Positions 49,463 to 62,116 of a DNA stretch of 64,000 bases are shown in pieces. This DNA comes from Rhodocyclaceae bacterium. Lineage in GTDB: Bacteria > Pseudomonadota > Gammaproteobacteria > Burkholderiales > Rhodocyclaceae. Position 1 is the first letter of the stretch, and every line of letters starts with the position of its first letter. The translations under genes were made by a program, and so were the position numbers. The notes under the pieces are model-generated. The model was given only the letters and a program-made list of their open reading frames with translations. It did not search any database and was not told the origin of the DNA. The stretch is taken from contig DAOQMM010000007.1 of the NCBI GenBank assembly GCA_035335645.1, positions 283-64,282 on the forward strand. Direction: 5' to 3'.

Positions 49463-52175
49463 GGGGCGCGTCCTCCGCAAGCCCGCCCATGCCCGGCACC
49501 GCCGGCGGCTGCCCGGCGGGCAGGCTGAACAGGAAGCGGGCGCCCCCGTCCGCCCGGTTCTCGGCCCGGATGGTGCCGCCGTGGGCCGCGACGATGGCGC
49601 GACAGATCGCCAGCCCCAGCCCCACGCCGGGGGTCGCGCTCTCCGACTGGCCGCGTTCGAACTTCTTGAAGATGGCCTCCTCCCGCCCCGCCGGCAGCCC
49701 CGGACCGTCGTCCTCGACCCAGATCGTCACAAAGCCGCCCGCGGGCCCCTCCGCACCGATGCGGACCGGGGTGCCCGGCGGCGTGTACTTGACCGCATTC
49801 TCCACCAGATTCGACAGCACCCGCTCGATCAACACCGTATCGAACTCCAGCAGGGGCAGATCGTCGGGCAGACGGACCTCCACCGGATGACGGAAGAGGG
49901 CCGACTCCAGCCCCTTCAGCGCGCTGCCGACCACCTCCTCGAGCGGCTGCCACTGCTTGTTGAGGGTCACCGTGCCCGCCTGCAGCCGCGCCATGTCGAG
50001 CAGATTGCTGACCAGGGCGTTCATGCGCTGCACCTCGTCGCGCATCGACTCGGCCAGCTGCACCAAGGCCGGCGCAGGTGCCGGCCGGGTGAGCAGCATC
50101 ATGTCCACCAGCCCCACCAGCGCCGACAGGGGCGTGCGCAGATCGTGGGAGATGGCCGACAGCAGGGAATTGCGCAGGCGCTCGGACTCCATCTGCAGTG
50201 TCGTGGCCTGGGCTACCTGGATGTAATGGACGCGCTCCAGGGAAATCGCGATGAGGCGCGCGAAGGTCTCCAGCAGGCGATGCTGCTCCGGCGCGCCCAT
50301 GCGCCCCGGATGGCGGGGCTCCAGCACCAGCACGCCGCGGATGCGCATGGGCGCCTTGAGGGGAACGTAGAGCAGCGGACTCGCCGGCAGCGTATCCGTG
50401 CCGCAGCCGGCCTCCGCCTCGTGGTCGAAGGCCCACTGGCAGATGCCCGCGTCCACGCCGCTGAGCCCGCCTGGTACGGCGAGCGGCGCCAGCAGACGGT
50501 TGGCGTCGTCCGCCAGCACCAGCGTGCAGCGCGCCGCAAAGGTCGTCCGTGAGAAGCGCAGCGCGATCTCTGCGATCTGCTCGGGCATCAGGGCCCCGGA
50601 GAGATCGCGAGACATCTCGTAGAGCGCCCGGATGCGGTATTCGCGGCGGCTCGCCACCCGCGCCTGCAGCTTCAGGCCGGCGGTAAGGTTGGCCGTGATG
50701 AGGCCGGACGCCAGCATCACCGCAAAGGTGAGCACGTACTGCACGTCGCTCACCGCAAACGAGAAGCGCGGCGGCACGAAGAAGTAATCGAAGGCCGCCA
50801 CGTTCAGGAAGGACGCCACCACCGCCGGCCCCAGGCCGTAGCGCACGGCCGTCAGGACCACCGCGAGCAGGAAGACCATGGCGATGTTGGCCAGGTCGAA
50901 ATGCCCCAGCAGCAGCGTGGCGACCACGGTCGCCAGGGCGCCCAGGGCGGCGGTCATCGCGAAGGCCGTCCACGGCGCCCGCAGCCGGTCCAGCCACGAC
51001 TCGCTGGTGGGCGCCTCCACCGCGGCGTCCCGGCGGGCCTCGTCGCGGGCAACCAGGATCACGTCCAGGTCCGGCGCCTGCCGGCCGATCTGCTCAGCCA
51101 TGGAGCGGTGCCATGGGCGCCAGCCGCGGGGATGATCGCGCCCCACCACGATGCGCGCGAGATTGTGGTCACGGGCGTAGGCCGCGATGCGCTCCGCCGC
51201 ATCGGCCCCCGCCAGGCTCGCCGTCTCGGCGCCGGATTCCTGGGCCAGGTGCAGGTTCTTGAGGATGCGCTGGCGGTTCCGCTCGCTCAGGTGGCGCAGG
51301 TCCGGCGTCTCCACGTAGATCGCATGCCAGGGCACCTCGAGGCGCCCCGCCAGGCGGGCGCAGGCCCGCACCACGCGGTCGCCGCCTTCGCCGGGGCCGA
51401 CGCAGGCCAGCAGGGATTCCTGCGTCGCCCACACCGTGCTCACCGCCGAATCGCGGCGGTAGCGCACCATCTCGCTATCGACCCGGTCCGCGGTGCGGCG
51501 CAGGGCCAGCTCCCGCAGAGCGATCAGGTTGCCCTTGCGGAAGAAGTTCTGGATCGCCCGCTCGGCCTGCTGGGGCAGATAGACCTTGCCCTCCTTGAGG
51601 CGCTGGAGCAGTTCGTCCGGCGGCAGATCCACCAGCACCACTTCGTCGGCGGCATCGAAAACATGGTCGGGCACCGTCTCCCAGACGCGCACGCCGGTGA
51701 TGCCGCCCACCACGTCGTTGAGCGTCTCCAGATGCTGGACGTTCACCGTGGTGTAGACATCGATCCCCGCATCGAGCAGTTCCTCCACGTCCTGCCAGCG
51801 CTTCGGGTGGCGCGAGCCCTCCACATTGGAATGGGCCAGCTCGTCCACCAGGATCAGGGCCGGCTGCCGCGCCAGCGCGCCGTCGATGTCGAACTCGGCG
51901 AGGGTCCGCCCCTTGTAGGCCACGCTCCGCGGCGGCAGCACGTCCAGGCCGTCGAGCAGTGCCGCGGTCTCGCGTCGGCCGTGGCTCTCCACCACGCCCA
52001 CCACCACGTCGACGCCCTGGGCCCGCTGCTGGTGAGCGGCGCACAGCATCGCGTAGGTCTTGCCGACGCCCGCCGACGCGCCGAAGAAGATCTTCAGGCG
52101 GCCGCGGGCGGCGCGCCCCTCCGCCTCACGCAGACGGTCTAGGATCCGCTGCGGATCCCGGCGCGGGTCATCCAT
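49452..52175 (-). CDS. kdpD: Osmosensitive K+ sensor histidine kinase KdpD
   Basis: GRLKIFFGASAGVGKTYAML, Usp domain, 4 TM, GAF, SHDLRTPL H-box, HATPase. Confidence 0.97.
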   Translation of the reverse strand: MDDPRRDPQRILDRLREAEGRAARGRLKIFFGASAGVGKTYAMLCAAHQQRAQGVDVVVGVVESHGRRETAALLDGLDVLPPRSVAYKGRTLAEFDIDGALARQPALILVDELAHSNVEGSRHPKRWQDVEELLDAGIDVYTTVNVQHLETLNDVVGGITGVRVWETVPDHVFDAADEVVLVDLPPDELLQRLKEGKVYLPQQAERAIQNFFRKGNLIALRELALRRTADRVDSEMVRYRRDSAVSTVWATQESLLACVGPGEGGDRVVRACARLAGRLEVPWHAIYVETPDLRHLSERNRQRILKNLHLAQESGAETASLAGADAAERIAAYARDHNLARIVVGRDHPRGWRPWHRSMAEQIGRQAPDLDVILVARDEARRDAAVEAPTSESWLDRLRAPWTAFAMTAALGALATVVATLLLGHFDLANIAMVFLLAVVLTAVRYGLGPAVVASFLNVAAFDYFFVPPRFSFAVSDVQYVLTFAVMLASGLITANLTAGLKLQARVASRREYRIRALYEMSRDLSGALMPEQIAEIALRFSRTTFAARCTLVLADDANRLLAPLAVPGGLSGVDAGICQWAFDHEAEAGCGTDTLPASPLLYVPLKAPMRIRGVLVLEPRHPGRMGAPEQHRLLETFARLIAISLERVHYIQVAQATTLQMESERLRNSLLSAISHDLRTPLSALVGLVDMMLLTRPAPAPALVQLAESMRDEVQRMNALVSNLLDMARLQAGTVTLNKQWQPLEEVVGSALKGLESALFRHPVEVRLPDDLPLLEFDTVLIERVLSNLVENAVKYTPPGTPVRIGAEGPAGGFVTIWVEDDGPGLPAGREEAIFKKFERGQSESATPGVGLGLAICRAIVAAHGGTIRAENRADGGARFLFSLPAGQPPAVPGMGGLAEDAPHGH

Positions 52176-52226
52176 TGGTGCGCGTCGCGATGATGCCCGG
52201 CCGCAGCCCGGCCATGCCGACCGCCC

Positions 52227-52637
52227 TCAACGGGCGCACGGAAACTCGCTGGACAGGGCCTCGGAGACCTGCTGGGCCGCGCTGCGGGACGTACGGGGCG
52301 GCGGATCCTTGGGCAGATGACGGGCCACGGCCTGGAACAGATGCTCCTCCGTCAGGTCCGCGGGCAGGCACCACTGCGTCCCCGAACCGGCGTCGGCCAC
52401 ACCCAGCACATAGCCCTTCACGAACAAGGCCGTGCCGACCGGCACCCGGCTGCGCAGCACGCTCTCGAGTTCCTGCAGGTCAGCGTCGCTGCGGAAGTAA
52501 CCGGCGGCCTGGACTGCGCCCCCCCAGCCCAGCACCCCCAAACAGACCAGCGCTCCGACCCACCGGCCCAGGTCCCCGCCTCGCGCTGCTGTGGCGGCGC
52601 GTCCGGCCATGCCGAACGCCTCTCTGATCCCATTCAT
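52227..52637 (-). CDS. Rap1a/Tai4-like (T6SS amidase immunity fold) exported protein
   Basis: GYVLGVAD...WCLP...AVARHL...P...AAQQVSEALSSEFPC motif with two Cys; signal-peptide-like AVQA; GGAGG RBS. Confidence 0.7.
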   Translation of the reverse strand: MNGIREAFGMAGRAATAARGGDLGRWVGALVCLGVLGWGGAVQAAGYFRSDADLQELESVLRSRVPVGTALFVKGYVLGVADAGSGTQWCLPADLTEEHLFQAVARHLPKDPPPRTSRSAAQQVSEALSSEFPCAR

Positions 52638-52641
52638 CGTG

Positions 52642-53229
52642 TCACCTCCCCTCGACGGGAAAACGTTCATCCAGTGCCCGGTTCAGGGCCAGCACATGGA
52701 CCCGCGGTTCACCGAACAGCCCCCACTGGCGCCCCTCGGTGTGGGCCGCGACCAGCGACTCCAGCGCCGCCGGGGCGATGCCGCGGAGCCGCGCGATGCG
52801 CCCGATCTGGTAGGCCGCGGCGGCCGGGCTGATGTGCGGATCGAGGCCGCTGCCCGACGCCTGGACCAGATCTGCCGGCACCGGGGCCGGATTGCCCGGG
52901 TCGGCCGCGCGCAGACCCTGCACGCGCGCCTGGACGGCCTCGGCCAGCGCCGGATTGAGCGGCCCCAGATTCGAACCGGACGACGCGGCCCCATTGTACG
53001 GCTGGGGCGCCGTGGCCGAGGGTCGCCCCCAGAAATGCCGTGGATCCTCGAAGGCCTGACCGATCAGGCGGGAGCCGGCCACGGCGCCGTCTGCCAGGAT
53101 CAGACTGCCGGCCGCCTGCGCGGGAAAGACCCACCCCGCCACCGCGGTGACGGCAGCCGGATACACCAGCCCCGTGAGAAGGCTCAACAGCCCGCACAGC
53201 ATCAGGGCGGGACGCACGATGGTGTTCAT
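52642..53229 (-). CDS. kdpC: K+-transporting ATPase subunit C
   Basis: GSRLIGQAF...FWGRPSAT, SSGSNLGP, ASGSGLDPHISP and VHVLALNRALD motifs. Confidence 0.96.
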   Translation of the reverse strand: MNTIVRPALMLCGLLSLLTGLVYPAAVTAVAGWVFPAQAAGSLILADGAVAGSRLIGQAFEDPRHFWGRPSATAPQPYNGAASSGSNLGPLNPALAEAVQARVQGLRAADPGNPAPVPADLVQASGSGLDPHISPAAAAYQIGRIARLRGIAPAALESLVAAHTEGRQWGLFGEPRVHVLALNRALDERFPVEGR

Positions 53230-53241
53230 GTCCGGATCTCC

Positions 53242-55308
53242 TCAGGCCAGGCCGCTGGCGGCCAGAGCCATGTCGATGAGCTTGATGCCGACAAAGGGCG
53301 CCAGCAGGCCCCCGAGCCCGTAGATCGTCAGATTGCGGCGCAGCAGCAGCCCCGCGCCCTGGGGCCGGTAGCGCACGCCGCGCAGGGCCAGCGGAATCAG
53401 CACGATGATGATCAGCGCGTTGAAGATCACCGCCGACAGGATGGCCGAAGCCGGGCTGGCGAGGGCCATGACGTCGAGCGCCTCCAGCTGCGGGTAGGTG
53501 CTCACGAAGGCCGCCGGCACGACGGCGAAGTACTTGGCCACGTCGTTGGCGATGCTGAAGGTGGTCAGCGCGCCGCGGGTCATGAGCATCTGCTTGCCCG
53601 TCTCCACCACCTCGATCAGCTTGGTCGGATTGGAATCCAGGTCCACCATGTTGCCCGCCTCCTTGGCGGCCTGGGTACCCGTGTTCATGGCCACCGCGAC
53701 ATCCGCCTGGGCCAGAGCCGGCGCATCGTTGGTGCCGTCGCCCGTCATCGCCACCAGGCGCCCTTCCGCCTGATGCTGGCGGATCAGGGCCAGCTTGGCC
53801 TCCGGCGTCGCCTCGGCGAGAAAGTCATCCACCCCGGCCTCCGCCGCGATGGCGGCCGCCGTGAGCCGGTTGTCGCCGGTGATCATCACCGTCTTGATGC
53901 CCATCCGCCGCAGTTCGCCGAAACGCTCGCGGATGCCGCCCTTGACGATGTCCTTGAGCTCCACCACGCCCAGCACGCGGGCATCCTCCGCCACCACCAG
54001 CGGCGTGCTGCCGCGCCGGGCGGTCTCTTCGACGATGGCCGTCACGGACGCCGGAAAGTGGCCGCCGAGTGCCTCCACGTGGCGCCGCAGCGCCTCGCCG
54101 GCGCCCTTGCGGATGCGTGTGCCGCCCAGGTCCACGCCGCTCATGCGGGTCTGGGCGGAGAAATGCACGAACTGCGCCCCCAGGGCCTGCAGGTCATGCT
54201 CCCGCAGATTGAAGCGCTGCTTGGCGAGCACCACGATGCTGCGCCCCTCGGGCGTCTCGTCGGCCAGGGAGGCCAGCTGGGCCGCCCGGGCCAGCGCCTG
54301 CTCCGTGACGCCTTCCGCCGGGATGAACGCCGCCGCCTGACGGTTGCCCAGGGTGATCGTGCCGGTCTTGTCGAGGAGCAGCACGTCCACATCGCCCGCC
54401 GCCTCCACCGCCCGGCCGGAGGTAGCGATCACGTTGGCCTGCATCATGCGGCTCATGCCCGCCACCCCGATGGCCGAGAGCAGCCCGGCGATGGTGGTGG
54501 GGATGAGGCACACCAGCAGCGCCACCAGCACCGTCAGGGTCACGGGGGCGCCGGCGCCCGCCACCTGCACGCTGAACACCGAAAAGGGCAGCAGGGTCAC
54601 CGTCACCACCAGAAAGACCAGGGTCAGGGCCACCAGCAGAATGGTCAGGGCGATCTCGTTGGGGGTCTTCTGGCGCCGGGCGCCTTCCACCATCGCGATC
54701 ATGCGGTCCACGAAGGTCTCCCCCGGATTCACCGTCACCCGCAGCACCAGCCAGTCCGACAGCAGGCGCGTGCCCCCCGTCAGCGCCGAGAAATCCCCGC
54801 CGGCCTCGCGGATCACCGGCGCGGACTCCCCGGTGATGGCCGACTCGTCCACCGAGGCGACCCCCTCGATCACCTCCCCATCCGCCGGCACCGTCTCGCC
54901 GGCCTCCACCAGACACACGTCGCCACGCCGCAGCGCGGTGGCCGACACCTGCTGCCACGGCGCCCCGTAGCGGGGCGCCGTCAGCCGCTTGGCCGGCGTG
55001 TCCTGCTTCAGCCCCCGTAAGGCAGCCGCCTGGGCCTTGCTGCGCCCCTCCGCCAGGGCCTCCGCGAAATTGGCGAAGAGCACCGTGAACCACAGCCACA
55101 GGGCCACCGTGAAGATGAATCCGGCCGGGGCCTCGCCGTCCCCCGCCAGGGCCTGGATGCCCAGCACCGTGGTCAGCAGGCTGCCGCCATAGACGACGAA
55201 CATCACCGGATTGCGCCACTGCACGGCCGGATTGAGCTTGCGGAAGGCATCCACCAGCGCCGGCCGGAGCAGATCCGGGTCGAACATCGAGAGCGTCTTG
55301 CGCGTCAT
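53242..55308 (-). CDS. kdpB: K+-transporting ATPase subunit B
   Basis: [11 protein letters not shown] phosphorylation motif, [20 protein letters not shown]. Confidence 0.97.
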   Translation of the reverse strand: MTRKTLSMFDPDLLRPALVDAFRKLNPAVQWRNPVMFVVYGGSLLTTVLGIQALAGDGEAPAGFIFTVALWLWFTVLFANFAEALAEGRSKAQAAALRGLKQDTPAKRLTAPRYGAPWQQVSATALRRGDVCLVEAGETVPADGEVIEGVASVDESAITGESAPVIREAGGDFSALTGGTRLLSDWLVLRVTVNPGETFVDRMIAMVEGARRQKTPNEIALTILLVALTLVFLVVTVTLLPFSVFSVQVAGAGAPVTLTVLVALLVCLIPTTIAGLLSAIGVAGMSRMMQANVIATSGRAVEAAGDVDVLLLDKTGTITLGNRQAAAFIPAEGVTEQALARAAQLASLADETPEGRSIVVLAKQRFNLREHDLQALGAQFVHFSAQTRMSGVDLGGTRIRKGAGEALRRHVEALGGHFPASVTAIVEETARRGSTPLVVAEDARVLGVVELKDIVKGGIRERFGELRRMGIKTVMITGDNRLTAAAIAAEAGVDDFLAEATPEAKLALIRQHQAEGRLVAMTGDGTNDAPALAQADVAVAMNTGTQAAKEAGNMVDLDSNPTKLIEVVETGKQMLMTRGALTTFSIANDVAKYFAVVPAAFVSTYPQLEALDVMALASPASAILSAVIFNALIIIVLIPLALRGVRYRPQGAGLLLRRNLTIYGLGGLLAPFVGIKLIDMALAASGLA

Positions 55309-55321
55309 GGTCGGCCTCCTT

Positions 55322-57112
55322 TCAGTGCGCCGCGTACAGGGCAAGGTGTTCGACGACCGGCCCGAGGGCCAGCGCCGGCACATAGTTGAGGGCCCCGACG
55401 AGCACCACCGTACCGATCAGCAGCACCACGAAGAGCGGCCCATGGGTCGGCATGGTCCCGGCGCCGGGGGCCAGCCGCTTCTTCGCGGCCAGATGCCCCG
55501 CCAGGGCCAGCACGGGCACGATCACACCGAAACGTCCCAGCCCCATCACCACACCCAGCACGCTGTTGTAGAACGGCGTGTTCGCCGACAGGCCGGCGAA
55601 GGCGCTGCCATTGTTGTTGGCCGCCGAAGTGAAGGCGTACAGGATCTCCGAGAAGCCATGGGCGCCCGGATTGCCCACGCCCGCGCCCCCCGCCGGCACC
55701 AGCACCGCCACCGCGGTGCCGGCGAGCACCAGCACCGGGGTGACGAGGATGGCGATGGACACCATCTTCATGTCGTGCACCTCGATCTTCTTGCCCAGGT
55801 ACTCGGGTGTGCGCCCGATCATCAGGCCGGCGATGAACACCGCCAGCACCGCAAACACCAGCATGCCGTAGAGCCCGCTGCCCACGCCGCCGAACACCAC
55901 CTCGCCCAGCATCATGTTCCACAGGGTCACCAGGCCACCCAGCGGCGTGAACGAGTCGTGCATGCCGTTCACCGCGCCGCACGAGGCCAGGGTCGTGATC
56001 ACCGCGAACAGGGCCGAGTCGTCGCTGCCGAAGCGCGTCTCCTTGCCCTCCAGGTTGCCCGCCGCGCCCTCGATCCCGAGGGACGCCAGCAGCGGATGAC
56101 CCTGGGCCTCGGCGTGCGCGCCGGCCACCGCCATGGCGACGAAGAGCAGGGTCATGGTGGCCAGGATCGCGCGTCCCTGGCGCGCGTCCCCGACCATCCG
56201 TCCGAAGCTCACGCACAGGGCCGCCGGGATCAGGAAGATCAGCAGCATCTCCACGAAATTGCTCAGGGGCGTCGGGTTTTCAAAGGGGTGGGCCGAGTTG
56301 GCGTTGTAGTAGCCGCCGCCGTTGGTCCCCAGCATCTTGATCGCCTCCTGGGACGCCACCGGCCCCAGGGACAGCACCTGGGTCTGCGTCCGGGCCGGCT
56401 CCGTGAGGACACGGCCGGACGCATCGATCAGGGGCTTGCCCGTCGCATCGAGGCGTGGCGCGTCATAGTGCGTGAGCTCCAGGGTGGTCGCCAGCCGATC
56501 GCCGCCCAGGTCCTGGACCACGCCCTGCCCCACCAGGAACACCGCCACCACGCCCGACAGGGGAAGCAGCACGTACAACACCATCCGGGTCAGGTCCACC
56601 CAGGCATTGCCGACGGTCGCGGCCGAATGCCGCGCAAAGCCCCGGATCAGGGCCAGCGCCACGGCCATTCCGGTGGCGGCCGACAGAAAGTTCTGCACGC
56701 TCAGGCCCAGCATCTGGGTCAGCGGACTCATCGTCGACTCGCCTGCATACCCCTGCCAGTTGGTATTGGTGGCAAAGCTGATCGCCGTGTTGAAGGCCGA
56801 ATCCGGACTGACCGCCGCCAGGCCCTGGGGATTCAGCGGCAGCCCGTCCTGCAGGCGCTGCAGCGCATACACCGCCAGCGCCCCGACCAGGTTGAACGCC
56901 AGGATGGCGAGCGCGTAGGTCCGCCAGCCCATCTCCTGCTCGGCGCGGACGCCGCACAGGCGGTAGATCAGCGCCTCGATCGGGCGCCCCGGACGCAGCG
57001 CCCGCCCCCCCTGCCCTTCCGCCACGGCGGCGATGTAGCGCCCCAGCGGCACGGCCGCGGCCAGGAGCACCAGCAGGTACAGCCCCAGCAGGACCCACGC
57101 GTGGCTGCTCAT
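55322..57112 (-). CDS. kdpA: K+-transporting ATPase subunit A
   Basis: [37 protein letters not shown] and NNGSAFAGL motifs. Confidence 0.97.
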   Translation of the reverse strand: MSSHAWVLLGLYLLVLLAAAVPLGRYIAAVAEGQGGRALRPGRPIEALIYRLCGVRAEQEMGWRTYALAILAFNLVGALAVYALQRLQDGLPLNPQGLAAVSPDSAFNTAISFATNTNWQGYAGESTMSPLTQMLGLSVQNFLSAATGMAVALALIRGFARHSAATVGNAWVDLTRMVLYVLLPLSGVVAVFLVGQGVVQDLGGDRLATTLELTHYDAPRLDATGKPLIDASGRVLTEPARTQTQVLSLGPVASQEAIKMLGTNGGGYYNANSAHPFENPTPLSNFVEMLLIFLIPAALCVSFGRMVGDARQGRAILATMTLLFVAMAVAGAHAEAQGHPLLASLGIEGAAGNLEGKETRFGSDDSALFAVITTLASCGAVNGMHDSFTPLGGLVTLWNMMLGEVVFGGVGSGLYGMLVFAVLAVFIAGLMIGRTPEYLGKKIEVHDMKMVSIAILVTPVLVLAGTAVAVLVPAGGAGVGNPGAHGFSEILYAFTSAANNNGSAFAGLSANTPFYNSVLGVVMGLGRFGVIVPVLALAGHLAAKKRLAPGAGTMPTHGPLFVVLLIGTVVLVGALNYVPALALGPVVEHLALYAAH

Positions 57113-57201
57113 GAGAAATCCTCCGGACGCAGCAGGGCCACCACCAGATAGACCAGCAGCCCGGCGGCCAGCACCGCCGACACCGTCAGCATCGCGCTCA
57201 T
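57109..57201 (-). CDS. kdpF: K+-transporting ATPase subunit F (30 aa; absent from ORF track)
   Basis: Hand translation [30 protein letters not shown] carries the KdpF YL..ALLRPE.F motif; stop overlaps kdpA ATG. Confidence 0.9.
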   Translation of the reverse strand: MSAMLTVSAVLAAGLLVYLVVALLRPEDFS

Positions 57202-57290
57202 GACCGCCGCTCCAGGCGATCGCAGACCACCACCAGGCCGAACATCAGGGCCCACAGCACCGCGAGCCCACCGCCGTACATGACATCCAT
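57198..57290 (-). CDS. Small hydrophobic peptide upstream of kdpF (30 aa; absent from ORF track)
   Basis: Hand translation MDVMYGGGLAVLWALMFGLVVVCDRLERRS; ATGA overlap with kdpF; GGAG-like RBS. Confidence 0.75.
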   Translation of the reverse strand: MDVMYGGGLAVLWALMFGLVVVCDRLERRS

Positions 57291-57322
57291 CTCACCGCTC
57301 CCTGCCCACTGAACACGCCCCC

Positions 57323-57388
57323 ATGGTAGGGCGCCGTGTTTCAAGAAGCTGCAAAGATGCGGGGCCGCGGTATCAAGAAATCATCAAG
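57323..57388 (-). promoter_or_regulatory. kdp promoter with candidate KdpE direct repeats
   Basis: Minus strand CTTGAT-N5-CTTGAT (57372-57388) and CTTTGC-N5-CTTGAA (57340-57356), both 11-bp period; TACCAT -10-like at 57323-57328. Confidence 0.55.
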
Positions 57389-57424
57389 ATCGCCCTCCCG
57401 GAAGGCTGCGACACGCCCCCGAAC

Positions 57425-58339
57425 CTATTCCACCACCGCCCCCAGCCGCGCCCAGCGCACCCCCTCCGGCCCGGACGACCACCACACCTGGCGCGCCCGG
57501 CCCGCCACGTCGGCCATGGGCACGGGGCCGAAGCGGCGCGAATCGGTGGTGGCGTCCCGGTTATCACCCAGCACGAAGACCTGCCCCGGCGGCACCGTCA
57601 GCACCACATCCGGCGGCGCCTCCTCCGGGGCGCGGGTGGAGCCGGTCCCTCCGCGCAGCACCTGCCAGCGGCGCCCGTCGAGGGTCTCCGTCACCGCACC
57701 GGACATCACCGGGTCGGTGCTCAGGGCCACGCCATTCACCCACACCGCCGCGCCCCGCGTCTCCACCCGATCGCCCGGCAGGCCGACGATGCGCTTGATG
57801 TACAGCCTGGTGCGGTCATTGGGGTAGGTGAACACGGCCACGTCGCCGCGGCGGATCTGCTGCTTGCAGCCGGGGCAGTTGTAGCGCTTGTCGGCGAACA
57901 GGATGTCGCCCCGCAGCACGCTGGGCTCCATGCTCGCGGAGGGGATCGAGAAGGATTCCATCTGGCGGCTGCGCACCGTGTCCACCAGCAGGGGCAGGGC
58001 CAGACCGTTGCACACCAGGAAGGCCACCGCGTAGGCCGCGCCGGTCTGCCAGGGGCGCGGCAGGTAGTCCGGCCGCGCCCGCGCGCCGCGCCAGGCATCC
58101 ACCACGGCGTAGCCCCAGGTGCCCAGCGCCGCGACCACGCTCACCCCCAGGGCCGGCATCGTCCAGGCCGGCGGCAGGTAGAGCCCCACCAGGGCCATGC
58201 CCGGCACGCAGAGAAAGGCAAACGCGAGAAAAAGCCACACGGCCTTGTCCAGCTCGCCGTTGTAGAACTGCCCGTAGCCCGGCAGGACCAGGGACATCAG
58301 CGCGGCGCGCAGGGGCTGACGGGGCGACACATCGAACAT
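57425..58339 (-). CDS. Signal peptidase I paralogue with extra N-terminal membrane domain
   Basis: SIPSASMEPS (catalytic Ser), YIKRIVGLPGD (Lys) and GDNRDATTDSR motifs; N-terminal SLVLPGYGQFYNG plus 3-4 TM. Confidence 0.9.
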   Translation of the reverse strand: MFDVSPRQPLRAALMSLVLPGYGQFYNGELDKAVWLFLAFAFLCVPGMALVGLYLPPAWTMPALGVSVVAALGTWGYAVVDAWRGARARPDYLPRPWQTGAAYAVAFLVCNGLALPLLVDTVRSRQMESFSIPSASMEPSVLRGDILFADKRYNCPGCKQQIRRGDVAVFTYPNDRTRLYIKRIVGLPGDRVETRGAAVWVNGVALSTDPVMSGAVTETLDGRRWQVLRGGTGSTRAPEEAPPDVVLTVPPGQVFVLGDNRDATTDSRRFGPVPMADVAGRARQVWWSSGPEGVRWARLGAVVE

Positions 58340-58358
58340 GATCGGTTCTCCTGATGAT

Positions 58359-58658
58359 TCAGCCGGCAGTCGTCACCGACCACACGGCAAAGGCGAGACT
58401 CAACAGCTGGGCGACGCCGAACAGCCCGGCGCCCACGGCCGTCAGCCAGGCCGCCGCCCGCGCAAACGGCCGCCCACGGCCAGCCGGCGCACCCGTCGGT
58501 GCGCGGGACGGCGGGATCGGCTGCGGGACGGCCGGCAGCGCCGCCATCACCCGCGCCGCAAAATCCGCGGGCGGCGCCGGGAAGTCCTCCCGCAGCAGCG
58601 CCTCCACGGCGGGATCGAGCACGGCATCGGCCGGCCGGTCGAAGGGATCAGTACGCAT
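58359..58658 (-). CDS. Putative anti-sigma factor / small single-TM protein
   Basis: PPADFAARVMAAL motif common in anti-sigma N-termini; C-terminal TM; overlaps ECF sigma stop. Confidence 0.6.
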   Translation of the reverse strand: MRTDPFDRPADAVLDPAVEALLREDFPAPPADFAARVMAALPAVPQPIPPSRAPTGAPAGRGRPFARAAAWLTAVGAGLFGVAQLLSLAFAVWSVTTAG

Positions 58659-59196
58659 CGGAAGGCTCCAGCAAACGGCCCAGACGCTGGCGCGCCCGGG
58701 TCAGACGGGTCTTGGCGGCAGCGACGGAACAGCCCTCGATGCGCGCGATGTCGGCCATGGCCAGCTCCTCCACATAGGCCAGGGCGAGGAGGCTGCGGTC
58801 CGCCAGGGAGAGTTGCCGCAGGGCGGCGTGCAGACGCTGGCGCTGCTGCGCCAGTGCCAGCACCTCGGGCGGCTGGGGGCGCGGACAGGCGGGCTCCGGC
58901 GCATCCTCCGCCGCGGGGCGCTCGCGGACATGGTGACTGCGCCCCAGTTCGTTGATCGCCAGGTGGCGGGCAATCGTGAACAGCCAGGTGGACAAGGCCC
59001 CCATCTCCGGCCGGTAACGGTCCAGCTGCTGCCAGGCGCGCACGAAGGCGTCCTGGGCCAGATCCTCGGCGAGGGCCGGCGCGCACCCCATGCGGCCGAG
59101 AAAGCCGAAGAGGGGCCGCTGGTAGCGCACCACCAGCGCGGCAAAGGCCTGGCGGTCGCCGGAACGGAGGCGGGCAAGCAGATCAGGCGTGTCCAT
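58648..59196 (-). CDS. ECF-type RNA polymerase sigma factor
   Basis: AEDLAQDAFVRAW, LSTWLFTIARH region 2 and HTH region 4 (KTRLTRARQRL). Confidence 0.93.
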   Translation of the reverse strand: MDTPDLLARLRSGDRQAFAALVVRYQRPLFGFLGRMGCAPALAEDLAQDAFVRAWQQLDRYRPEMGALSTWLFTIARHLAINELGRSHHVRERPAAEDAPEPACPRPQPPEVLALAQQRQRLHAALRQLSLADRSLLALAYVEELAMADIARIEGCSVAAAKTRLTRARQRLGRLLEPSDAY

Positions 59197-59220
59197 GGGT
59201 GAGTCCGGGGTGCATGCCGC

Positions 59221-59249
59221 TTATACCGGACCCACGGAAAAAGGTGACA
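59221..59249 (-). promoter_or_regulatory. Candidate promoter TGTCAC-N17-GTATAA upstream of ECF sigma
   Basis: Read on the minus strand 25-50 nt before the ATG; could be an autoregulated ECF promoter (inference). Confidence 0.35.
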
Positions 59250-59556
59250 GGCCGAATGTGCGGCCGGCACGCCGATACACCCCGGCCCCCCGGGGCGCCT
59301 GTCCGTCTCCGGACGATCCGCGCACGCATTCCGGCGCAGGCATCCGCGCCCGGCGGAATTGCGTAAACCCGATGAAGGCCCCCGCCGGCCCGGACCTTCG
59401 GCCGACGCGGGCGCGCCGTCCCCCGCCCGCCGACCGTGAATATGTCACACCGTGTGTCGTAAACCGCGCCGGAGGCCGATGCGCAACGCCCACGGGACAG
59501 CATCCTGCAAGGCTGGCCTGCTAACGTATATAAAAAGTTATAGAGGTTCCTGCAAC

Positions 59557-59745
59557 ATGCTCACTCAACCGATCCGCTCCAAGCAGGCCGTGGCCGCCGA
59601 GCGCGAATGGGCCGGCCAGGCGCGGCGGTCCTCCACGCCCGACCAGCACGCCGCCCCGCCGACGCCCAGCGCCGGCCGGGGAAAGCTGTGGCTCCTGCTC
59701 CTCGCCGTCGCCCTTATCGCGCCCAAGCTCCTGCACTACTTCTAA
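59557..59745 (+). CDS. Small hypothetical membrane protein (62 aa)
   Basis: AGAGG RBS-like motif, C-terminal hydrophobic segment, AT-rich upstream region. Confidence 0.45.
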   Translation: MLTQPIRSKQAVAAEREWAGQARRSSTPDQHAAPPTPSAGRGKLWLLLLAVALIAPKLLHYF

Positions 59746-59800
59746 GCGCGGCAACGGCCGCCCGTCCGCCGGGCGGCCAGACGCGGCCGCGGAACGACAC

Positions 59801-62116
<2,316 letters not shown>

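Noticed and set aside
59521-59545. dif/XerCD recombination site
   Set aside because: Does not match the 11-6-11 dif consensus beyond a short TATAT similarity
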